Below are positions 56,283-64,000 of a stretch of 64,000 nt of DNA, one piece after another. The notes under the pieces are model-generated. The model did no database searches and was not told the origin of the DNA. It saw only the letters and a program-made list of their open reading frames with translations. Position numbers and translations under genes: made by a program. The stretch is from Patescibacteria group bacterium (GTDB taxonomy: Bacteria > Patescibacteriota > Doudnabacteria > UBA920 > VMFF01): the NCBI GenBank assembly GCA_038065615.1, contig JBBTQQ010000007.1, positions 12,473 to 76,472 on the forward strand, in the 5' to 3' direction. Position 1 is the first letter of the stretch; the number at the start of each line of letters is the position of its first letter.

Positions 56283-58175
56283 ATGAGCAAATTTTTTAAG
56301 AACGCAGGTATAGTAGTCTTGATTTTCGTTGGTATAGCGCTTGTTGCATCAAGCTTTAGCAGTGGCGTTAAAATCAAAGAAGTTGGATTAAGTGCGGTTG
56401 TAGAACAAGTAAACAAAGGGGAAGTTGTAAAGATAGAAATCAGCGAATCTGATACCAGTCTTTTAGTTTCTCTTAAAGATGGTACAAAAGAAATTACAAC
56501 TAAAGAAAAAAGCGTTTCCCTTTTCGATACTTTAAAAAATAGAGGCGTTGCTCAAGAGAAAATAAATGCAATAGATATAACTCCGCTTCAAAGAGGTCCT
56601 GTCTCTACAATATTTAGCGCAATCCTACCTTTCCTACTCCCTTTCTTGATTTTCATTGTCCTAATTTACTTCATGATGCGCAATGTACAGGGTGCTAACA
56701 ACAAAGCAATGTCCTTTGGACAGTCAGGAGCAAGATTACAAGATGATAGAAAGAAGAAAGTCTCCTTTAAAGATGTGGCTGGCGTAAAAGAAGCAAAAGA
56801 AGAGCTACAAGAAGTCGTTGAGTTTTTAAAATATCCACAAAAGTTTTTACAACTCGGCGCAAGAATTCCAAAAGGAGTTTTACTCCTAGGTTCTCCTGGT
56901 GTTGGTAAGACATTACTTGCAAGAGCAGTTGCCGGAGAAGCAAACGTTCCTTTCTTCCACATGTCAGGTTCTGAATTCGTTGAAATGTTTGTTGGTGTGG
57001 GTGCATCAAGAGTTAGAGACCTATTTAAAAAAGCAAAACGCCATGCACCATGCATTGTCTTCATTGATGAAATAGACGCAGTAGGTAGACAAAGAGGAGC
57101 GGGGTTGGGTGGTTCACACGATGAGCGCGAACAAACCTTAAATCAAATCTTGGTTGAAATGGATGGTTTTGATACAGACACAAACGTAATAGTTATAGCT
57201 GCAACAAACAGACCAGATGTCCTAGATCCAGCCCTGCTTCGTCCTGGTCGTTTTGATAGACAGGTTGTAATTGATCCCCCGGATATAAACGACAGGGAAC
57301 AGATATTAATAGTTCATTCTCTAGGAAAGCCTTTGGCTGCTGATGTTAATTTAAGAAAAATAGCTGAAAGGACAGCGGGTTTTTCAGGGGCAGATCTTTC
57401 TAATTTAATAAACGAAGCAGCAATATTAGCCGCTCGCTTAAACAACAAAGAAGTTACTGAAATGAATCTTAAGGAAGCAATAGAGAAAGTAATGCTAGGT
57501 CCTGAAAGAAAAAGCCATATTCTTTCAAAAAAAGAAAAAGAAATTACTGCATACCACGAAGGTGGACACGCATTAGTAGCTTCCGTGTTACCAAATGCTG
57601 ACATGGTGCATAAAGTTTCTGTTATTAGCAGGGGTAGAGCAGCAGGATACACAATGAAAGTTCCTTCTGAAGATAAGCACCTACACACCAAGAGTGAATT
57701 CTTAGAAGATATTGCTGTTTCATTAGCAGGACTTGCTGCAGAAAGACTAGTCTTCAATGAACAAACAACAGGCGCATCTAATGATTTAAAAGTTTCAACA
57801 GCTCTAGCTCGTCGTTTAGTTACAGTGTATGGTATGAGCGATGAAATGGGTCCAATGACCTTTGGTGATACACACGAAATGATTTTCTTAGGTAGAGATT
57901 TAGCAGAGCAAAGAAACTATTCAGAAGAGGTTGCTGCAAAGATAGATAAGGAGGTTGCAAAAATAATGAAGCAAGGCTACGAAGTAGCAACTGCTGTTCT
58001 AAACAAACATAGAGACAAACTTGATATCATTGCAAAGAAACTTGTTGAGCAAGAAACTTTGGAACAAGAACAGTTTGCAGAGTTAGTACGTGATATAATC
58101 CCAGCTCATAAACTTAAACATCCTGAAGAAATTGCTGTTGAACACGTTCATAAAGAAAAAGAAACTAAAAAATAA
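56283..58175 (+). CDS. ftsH: ATP-dependent zinc metalloprotease FtsH
   Basis: AAA+ Walker A ([11 protein letters not shown]), SRH and the HEGGHA zinc motif. Start at MSKFFKNAG; the upstream part of the track ORF overlaps the tRNA. Confidence 0.95.
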   Translation: MSKFFKNAGIVVLIFVGIALVASSFSSGVKIKEVGLSAVVEQVNKGEVVKIEISESDTSLLVSLKDGTKEITTKEKSVSLFDTLKNRGVAQEKINAIDITPLQRGPVSTIFSAILPFLLPFLIFIVLIYFMMRNVQGANNKAMSFGQSGARLQDDRKKKVSFKDVAGVKEAKEELQEVVEFLKYPQKFLQLGARIPKGVLLLGSPGVGKTLLARAVAGEANVPFFHMSGSEFVEMFVGVGASRVRDLFKKAKRHAPCIVFIDEIDAVGRQRGAGLGGSHDEREQTLNQILVEMDGFDTDTNVIVIAATNRPDVLDPALLRPGRFDRQVVIDPPDINDREQILIVHSLGKPLAADVNLRKIAERTAGFSGADLSNLINEAAILAARLNNKEVTEMNLKEAIEKVMLGPERKSHILSKKEKEITAYHEGGHALVASVLPNADMVHKVSVISRGRAAGYTMKVPSEDKHLHTKSEFLEDIAVSLAGLAAERLVFNEQTTGASNDLKVSTALARRLVTVYGMSDEMGPMTFGDTHEMIFLGRDLAEQRNYSEEVAAKIDKEVAKIMKQGYEVATAVLNKHRDKLDIIAKKLVEQETLEQEQFAELVRDIIPAHKLKHPEEIAVEHVHKEKETKK

Positions 58176-58190
58176 TAAGAGGAAGGTAAA

Positions 58191-59111
58191 ATGTTAAGCC
58201 TTTCTGAAATATTAACTAGAGCATACGTATACACAAAGAACCATAAGTCCTTATGGTTCTTTGGTTTTTTCCTAACAGGTTGGGGAGTTATGAATTTTGT
58301 TAGGAGAGTTAATTTAAACGCAGATCACTTAGATGTATATTACAGGTACATTTTAGATTACGCATTAAATCATCCTCTTCAATTAACGCTTTCAATCGTT
58401 TCTTTAATAGTGTTAATTGTTTTGGCTTCATTAGTAGGTGCCATTGCGAGGTCTTCCATTATTCACGCGGCTGATGAATTAGAGAAAGAAGAACCAATTA
58501 GTTTACGTTCTGTGCTAAAACAAGCAACTAAATCAGTTTGGCGAGTTTTTTTCGCAGGATTGTTTACAAATGCAGCTATAATATTCTTTTTTTCTTGGTT
58601 GGCTCTGCCTTTGTGGATGGTTTTTAAAAACGGTTTTGAGTTCAGAGGTTTTGTTTTAATTATTACCGCCCTTCTAATATTCATCCCCATAATCATTGTT
58701 TTGTCACTAGTTAATATATTTGCTTGCTGCTATATAGTTATATACAAATTAAAGCTTAGACAAGCATTTGCGAGCGCTTTTGATTTGCTAGCTGTTTTTT
58801 GGCAGCAGGTCATTGCTTTGTTTGTCATGCTTTTTGTTATATATTTCTTCCTCTTTTTCCTCTCCGCAACAATGGTTGGGTTCATTGGCGTCCTTGCATA
58901 CTTGCCTGCTATTCTGGTAAAATCATTATCACTGCAATGGTTTGCAGCGATCATTCTAGCTTTAATAATAATATTAAGTTTTGCGCTTCTTTTGGTAAAC
59001 GCAATATTAAATGTTTTTACCAATTTTGCTTGGACCATATTTTTCTTAGATATAGTTAAAGCAAAGTATATAAAGGACGCGAAACCCGTAGGACAACACG
59101 CGGGCGGTTAG
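58191..59111 (+). CDS. Hypothetical polytopic membrane protein
   Basis: 306 aa with multiple TM helices. Its stop overlaps the tRNA-Val start by a few nt. Confidence 0.5.
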   Translation: MLSLSEILTRAYVYTKNHKSLWFFGFFLTGWGVMNFVRRVNLNADHLDVYYRYILDYALNHPLQLTLSIVSLIVLIVLASLVGAIARSSIIHAADELEKEEPISLRSVLKQATKSVWRVFFAGLFTNAAIIFFFSWLALPLWMVFKNGFEFRGFVLIITALLIFIPIIIVLSLVNIFACCYIVIYKLKLRQAFASAFDLLAVFWQQVIALFVMLFVIYFFLFFLSATMVGFIGVLAYLPAILVKSLSLQWFAAIILALIIILSFALLLVNAILNVFTNFAWTIFFLDIVKAKYIKDAKPVGQHAGG

Positions 59112-59176
59112 CTCAGTGGTAGAGCATCTCTTTGACGTAGAGAGGGTCATAGGTTCAAATCCTATACCGCCCACCA
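59102..59176 (+). tRNA. tRNA-Val (anticodon GAC)
   Basis: GGGCGGT/TA/GCTCAGTGGTAGAGC/A/TCTCT-TTGACGT-AGAGA...ACCGCCC/A/CCA. Confidence 0.7.
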
Positions 59177-59183
59177 GAAATAT

Positions 59184-59867
59184 ATGGAAATACACGAACT
59201 AGAAAAAATTTTAAAAGTTAAATTCAATAACCCTGATCTCTTAATGACAGCGGTTACTCACCGTTCATACTTAAACGAGAACAGGGCTTTTCATTTACCC
59301 CACAACGAAAGATTAGAGTTTCTTGGAGACGCTGTTTTAGAGCTGATTTCAACAAGATATCTTTATGAAAACTACCCGCACCCAGAAGGAGAACTAACAA
59401 ACTTCCGTTCTGCGCTTGTTAACTACAGAATGCTTTCTGAGATAGCAAGAAAACTCAATGTAGAAGAGTATTTGTTAATGAGCAAGGGTGAAGCAAAAGA
59501 CACAGGTAGAGCCAGACAAGTTATTCTCGCAAACGCGCTAGAGGCAATAATCGGAGCAGTATATTTAGACCTTGGTTATGAAGCAGCAAAAGAGTTTGTT
59601 TTAAGAGACATTGTTGTGGAGCTTCCATCAATAATCAACGAAGGTTCATACATGGATCCAAAAAGTAAGCTTCAGGAAATAGTTCAGGAAAAGCAAGGCG
59701 TCACTCCTTCATACCAGGTTATCTCAGAACAAGGACCTGACCATGACAAAGTTTTCTTAGTAGGAGTATTCATCGGTAATACAAGAGTAGGTGAAGGAAA
59801 AGGTCCTTCAAAACAAGAAGCAGAAGTAGCAGCAGCTGAAAACGCATTGAAAGAAAATAGGTTCTAG
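59184..59867 (+). CDS. rnc: Ribonuclease III
   Basis: RNase III signature ERLEFLGDAVLEL plus a C-terminal dsRBD. Confidence 0.9.
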   Translation: MEIHELEKILKVKFNNPDLLMTAVTHRSYLNENRAFHLPHNERLEFLGDAVLELISTRYLYENYPHPEGELTNFRSALVNYRMLSEIARKLNVEEYLLMSKGEAKDTGRARQVILANALEAIIGAVYLDLGYEAAKEFVLRDIVVELPSIINEGSYMDPKSKLQEIVQEKQGVTPSYQVISEQGPDHDKVFLVGVFIGNTRVGEGKGPSKQEAEVAAAENALKENRF

Positions 59868-59880
59868 GAAAGAATAAATT

Positions 59881-59907
59881 AAAATCCGGAAATGTTTCCG
59901 GATTTTT
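59881..59907 (+). terminator. Rho-independent terminator after rnc
   Basis: AAAATCCGGAAATGTTTCCGGATTTTT. Confidence 0.75.
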
Positions 59908-59974
59908 GTTTGTATAAATGCGAAAGCCCCGGACTCTGACGAATGTCAAAGCCGGGGCAGACGCACACTTCTTC

Positions 59975-60475
59975 CTACAACCTGTGCCATTCCATGGTTC
60001 TCCTGGCTCCTTCTCTCCATGCTAGGAACCAGAAGCGCAGGAACGGAGCACCTGGGATGATAGCCAGCAGCATGTGGAAGTATCCAACCTCCACTTGTCC
60101 TTGTAGCACCTCTTGGAAGCCGATCGCGAAGATCGGGGCGGCGACAGCGACGGATACGAGGATTTGCCGCCAGTCGTCCTTCTTGCTCCAGAGGGCTTTC
60201 TTGATCGACTTGATTACCCACGGACCTGTTGCTCTGGCTAGCAGAAAGCAGACCAATCCAAGGAGCCCTATTGCTATCGTGACGAACGAGAGTCCATCGG
60301 TTTCGTTCGGAGGCTCACCATCCCAGATTGCGGCCTTGATCGTCAGTAGCACTACGATCAGACAGGACAGGAATGAAAGCATCCACATGCCGGTGGAGAC
60401 CAGGAAGAGCGGTAACACCACCACCATCCCAGTAATTCGCGCCATTGAAGCGAGGAGCCGACGAATCATGGTCAT
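59975..60475 (-). CDS. Hypothetical membrane protein in a GC-rich island
   Basis: 166 aa with 4-5 TM helices. Local GC is about 55% against ~35% flanks. A hairpin (GCCCCGG...CCGGGGC) lies downstream. Confidence 0.5.
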   Translation of the reverse strand: MTMIRRLLASMARITGMVVVLPLFLVSTGMWMLSFLSCLIVVLLTIKAAIWDGEPPNETDGLSFVTIAIGLLGLVCFLLARATGPWVIKSIKKALWSKKDDWRQILVSVAVAAPIFAIGFQEVLQGQVEVGYFHMLLAIIPGAPFLRFWFLAWREGARRTMEWHRL

Positions 60476-60650
60476 ATTAGTAAACCTCAGGTTGTGTAGT
60501 GTGCGATCCAGCGCGGGTGCTGATCGCTATGAAAGCAATCCAACACTATTTACAGCTGAACACAATACTTTAACATAAAAGGAGGACATTGTCAAGAAAG
60601 TGTTGTATGGTATAATTAAGTGGTAATTTGGGATACAGAAACACAAATAA

Positions 60651-63287
60651 ATGTATTTAAAAAGGTTAGAAATTCAGGGCTTCAAGTCTTTTGCAAACAA
60701 AACAACATTAGAGTTTGAAAAAGGCATTACTGCTGTTGTAGGACCAAACGGGTCTGGTAAATCAAACGTTGCTGATGCTATACGTTGGGTTTTGGGAGAG
60801 CAAAGCTTAAAACAACTTCGTGGCAAAAAAAGCGAAGACGTTATTTTTGCTGGCTCTGAAAAAAAACACAAAATGTCATTTGCAACAGTAACTGTTACTT
60901 TTGACAACAGTGACAAGCGTATTCCTTTAGACTACTCTGAAGTTTCAATTTCAAGAAGCATTGATAGAAGCGGAGAGAGTGATTATATGATAAACGGAAA
61001 CAAGGTCCGGTTATTAGACGTTATTGATCTTGTTTTAAAATCAAACATTGGAACATCCCGTCACACAGTTATTGGTCAGGGAACAATTGATCAAATGGTT
61101 TTAGCAGGACCTTCTGAGGTCAAAAATTTAATTGATGAAGCAAGTGGTGTAAAAACATACTACATCCGAAGGGAAAAGACTCTTAAGCGTTTAGATCAAA
61201 CAGCGCAGAACTTGATGCGTGTTCAAGACTTGTTAAAAGAAATTGAACCAAGATTAAAATCACTACGTAGACAAGCAAAGCGCATGGAGGAGAGAACAGA
61301 AATTGAATCAGAGTTGAAAATTTTTCAAGCAGAATTCTTTTCTGAGAAATATTGGCGTATACAAGAATCGTTGCAAGAACTTGTTTTAAAGATCAATGGT
61401 TTAGAAAAACAAAGAACAGAGTTGGAAAATGAAATATCAGGACATCGTTCAAACTTAGATAAAAACGAAGGTGACAACAAAGCAGAAATTTTGGCATACC
61501 AGCAGATACAGGGTGAAATAAAGAGGACGGTGGATAAGAAAAACAAGATCCTTGAAGATGTTGCAATGATTAGGGGAAAGCTTAATGCAGAAAAATCAGT
61601 AGGTGTTGCTTTGGATAGCAAAGCCTTGGGTCTTGAAAAGAACAACCTTGAACACCAAAAGAATACTTTAAATGCAGAAATAGAAAGGGCTACTTCAGAG
61701 AAAAAAGGGATTACAGCAGAGTTAGAAAAACATCATCAAATTTTTGATGAAATCTCTAAAAAGCTTTCAGATATTCAACAAACCATTGATAATCCAGAGA
61801 ACCTTAATTTCCACGAGCTTTCAGAGGACATAGAAATGTTAGATCGTAAGTTCGATGAGTTCTATCAAAACCTTGAGCGTGCTTCAGACGTTTCTTTAAT
61901 AATCTCTTTTGCTCAGGAATTTAAAAGTCATCTTTCTAAATTTAAACAAAAGACAACTCATTTTGCGCAAAACCCATTTGTTAATTTTGAAAAACAAAGA
62001 AAAATACTTTCAGATATATTAACTCAAAAAGATAGAATATCCCAGGAACTAAATAACTTTGAATTAAAGAAGTCAAAAGTAGGAATAACATTAGAATATT
62101 CAGAAGCAGAACTTTCTAAGGTTGAACAAAAACTTTTGCATCTAAACTTAGAACTTCAAAAAGCTGGTGCTACTAGCACAGATCAATACTTTGAACAGTT
62201 AATGTCCCAAGAAAAAGAGTTGAACACTGAGCTACTAAATCTTGGAAAAGAAATTTCTGTTTTAGAGCAGAAAATAACTAGCTACCATCAAAAAGAACAA
62301 AGCAAGAAATCAGAGATCTTAGACGAAGAACGTGCATTAAGAAGTAAACAAGATCATCTTTCAAAGTTAAGAGATCAGATTTCGCTCTTGCAGATTGAAA
62401 AAGCAAAGCTAGATACCCAAAAAGAGAATGTTGTTTCAGAAGCCAAGTTTGCATTAAATCCAGAAGGTTTTGCGGATATAGAAAAGAAAAAGATTCAATC
62501 AAGCACAAATAACTTAGAGGAAAAGATTCATAAGTTCCAGAATCAACTTAGTATGATTGGTGGAATAGACGAATTGACTTTGAAGGAATACGAAGAAACA
62601 GAACAGCGCTACGGTTTCTTAAGTGGACAAGTCCAGGACTTAGAAAAGGGAATTGCTGATTTAAGATCAGTAATAGAAGAGTTAGATGAATACATCAAAA
62701 AACAGTTTGATGATTCATTCAATAGAATCAATGAAAAGTTTGAGAGTTACTTCCGTATTCTTTTTAACGGTGGACGAGCATATCTAAGTATCATCCGTGC
62801 TAAAGAAGAGAAAGCAAATCAAGAAGCAGAGGAAGAAGCGATCTCTGAAGAAACTGGAGGTACAGAAGAAACAATAAAACTAAGACCTGAAGAAAAGTTG
62901 GTTGCTAAGTACGAGAAAGGATCAGATGATGTTGTTGGGATTGATATAAAAGCGACACCACCAGGAAAAAAACTTGCAAACATTTCTGCTCTTTCTGGAG
63001 GAGAGCGTTCTTTAACCTCAATAGCTTTGCTTTGCGCATTACTATCTTGTTTCCCATCACCATTTGTAATGCTTGATGAGGTAGACGCGGCTTTAGACGA
63101 AGCAAACACAATTCGTTTTGCTCAGATATTGGGGACACTTGCACACAGCACCCAATTTGTTACTGTTACTCATAACCGAGAAACAATGAAACAAGGACAC
63201 ACACTTTACGGTGTGACTATGGGGGATGACAGTGTATCAAAGATCCTCTCAATTAAAATCGAACAAGCAACAGTATTTGCTAAATAA
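60651..63287 (+). CDS. smc: SMC-family chromosome segregation ATPase (short, ~878 aa)
   Basis: N-terminal Walker A (GPNGSGKSNV), long coiled-coil, C-terminal signature LSGGERSLTSIAL and Walker B MLDEVDAALD. No obvious hinge GxxG block. Confidence 0.8.
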   Translation: MYLKRLEIQGFKSFANKTTLEFEKGITAVVGPNGSGKSNVADAIRWVLGEQSLKQLRGKKSEDVIFAGSEKKHKMSFATVTVTFDNSDKRIPLDYSEVSISRSIDRSGESDYMINGNKVRLLDVIDLVLKSNIGTSRHTVIGQGTIDQMVLAGPSEVKNLIDEASGVKTYYIRREKTLKRLDQTAQNLMRVQDLLKEIEPRLKSLRRQAKRMEERTEIESELKIFQAEFFSEKYWRIQESLQELVLKINGLEKQRTELENEISGHRSNLDKNEGDNKAEILAYQQIQGEIKRTVDKKNKILEDVAMIRGKLNAEKSVGVALDSKALGLEKNNLEHQKNTLNAEIERATSEKKGITAELEKHHQIFDEISKKLSDIQQTIDNPENLNFHELSEDIEMLDRKFDEFYQNLERASDVSLIISFAQEFKSHLSKFKQKTTHFAQNPFVNFEKQRKILSDILTQKDRISQELNNFELKKSKVGITLEYSEAELSKVEQKLLHLNLELQKAGATSTDQYFEQLMSQEKELNTELLNLGKEISVLEQKITSYHQKEQSKKSEILDEERALRSKQDHLSKLRDQISLLQIEKAKLDTQKENVVSEAKFALNPEGFADIEKKKIQSSTNNLEEKIHKFQNQLSMIGGIDELTLKEYEETEQRYGFLSGQVQDLEKGIADLRSVIEELDEYIKKQFDDSFNRINEKFESYFRILFNGGRAYLSIIRAKEEKANQEAEEEAISEETGGTEETIKLRPEEKLVAKYEKGSDDVVGIDIKATPPGKKLANISALSGGERSLTSIALLCALLSCFPSPFVMLDEVDAALDEANTIRFAQILGTLAHSTQFVTVTHNRETMKQGHTLYGVTMGDDSVSKILSIKIEQATVFAK

Positions 63288-63293
63288 CAAAAA

Positions 63294-63899
63294 ATGGAAC
63301 ATTTAATTCAAAGCATCACAGGGTTTGTTACTGACATAATCTCAGCAGGTGGGTATGTGGGTGTAGGTTTTTTGATGGCTTTAGAATCTTCCGCTATTCC
63401 AATTCCTTCTGAAATCATAATGCCGTTTGCAGGGTTTTTAGTTTCTGCAGGAACATTTACGCTTTTTGGTATTTCTTTTGCAGGAGCAGTAGGTTCTATG
63501 ATTGGTTCAGCTGTTTTGTATTACATAGGATATTATGGAGGTAGGCCAGTAATTGAAAAGTATGGCAAATATTTTTTGATAAACCACAAAGATCTGGATA
63601 TGGCTGAGAATTTTTTCCAAAGGCACGGTCAGCTCGCAAACTTTATTGGAAGACTCTTGCCCATAGTAAGAACATTCATTTCTTTTCCAGCTGGAGTTGC
63701 AAGAGTTAAAATAGCGCCGTTTCTTGCTCTTTCATTCATTGGTTCGTTTTTTTGGTCTTTGTTCTTGGGTTTCATTGGCTTAAAGCTTGGACAGAATTGG
63801 AACACAATCCACTCATATTTCACAGGCATTGATTATGTCATTGTTGGTCTTTTTATTTTAGGTCTCATATACTATGTCCGTAGACATTTAAAGCATTAA
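63294..63899 (+). CDS. DedA/SNARE-associated family membrane protein
   Basis: YVGVGFLMALESSAIPIPSEIIMPFAGFLV is the typical DedA re-entrant motif. Confidence 0.75.
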   Translation: MEHLIQSITGFVTDIISAGGYVGVGFLMALESSAIPIPSEIIMPFAGFLVSAGTFTLFGISFAGAVGSMIGSAVLYYIGYYGGRPVIEKYGKYFLINHKDLDMAENFFQRHGQLANFIGRLLPIVRTFISFPAGVARVKIAPFLALSFIGSFFWSLFLGFIGLKLGQNWNTIHSYFTGIDYVIVGLFILGLIYYVRRHLKH

Positions 63900-63910
63900 A
63901 AACAAAAATT

Positions 63911-64000
63911 ATGAATCAAGAACTATTAGATTATGTGACAACAGCAAGAGCAAAAGGTTCTGATGACGCGAAAATAACAGAAGAGCTATTAATTACGGGT
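63911..64000 (+). CDS. Hypothetical protein (5' partial, continues beyond window)
   Basis: ATG at 63911 with the ORF open to the window end. Confidence 0.3.
   Translation, partial: MNQELLDYVTTARAKGSDDAKITEELLITG

Overview
The window is a 64 kb AT-rich (~35% GC), gene-dense bacterial chromosomal segment. It spans the replication-origin neighbourhood: dnaN, dnaA, rpmH, rnpA, yidD, yidC and jag. Gene content and streamlining suggest a Patescibacteria/CPR-like organism; this is an inference, not a verified assignment. It carries mainly housekeeping genes (gyrA, infB, rbfA, rpsA, recA, ftsK, ftsH, smc, rnc, rnhB, tyrS, PBP1A, ruvC, rsmI, nth, lspA), cell-envelope genes (two O-antigen-ligase-like proteins, rfbB, fdtA-like, a GT28 glycosyltransferase) and 14 tRNA genes, one split by a group I intron. 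The most notable items are: (1) a tRNA-Phe(GAA) interrupted in its anticodon loop by a 218-nt group I intron, with an HTH/LAGLIDADG-like ORF immediately downstream, plus a second free-standing LAGLIDADG endonuclease beside tRNA-Cys/tRNA-Leu; (2) a tandem array of five paralogous secreted two-helix proteins with a conserved C-terminal motif (VIGGFRYITSAGNEE..GKGR) and hypervariable Cys-containing ectodomains, resembling VirB2/TrbC-like pilins; (3) a promoter, Phe/Tyr-rich leader peptide and terminator arrangement upstream of an unusual prephenate dehydrogenase-prephenate dehydratase fusion, which looks like an attenuator; (4) four discrete GC-rich (~50-55%) islands in the AT-rich background (DAHP synthase + chorismate mutase; a Zn-ribbon protein; a tRNA-Ser-adjacent noncoding segment; a membrane protein), two of which end in the same ~33-bp repeat. 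No CRISPR array, rRNA gene or reverse transcriptase was seen. Coordinates derived by hand-indexing may be off by 1-2 nt.
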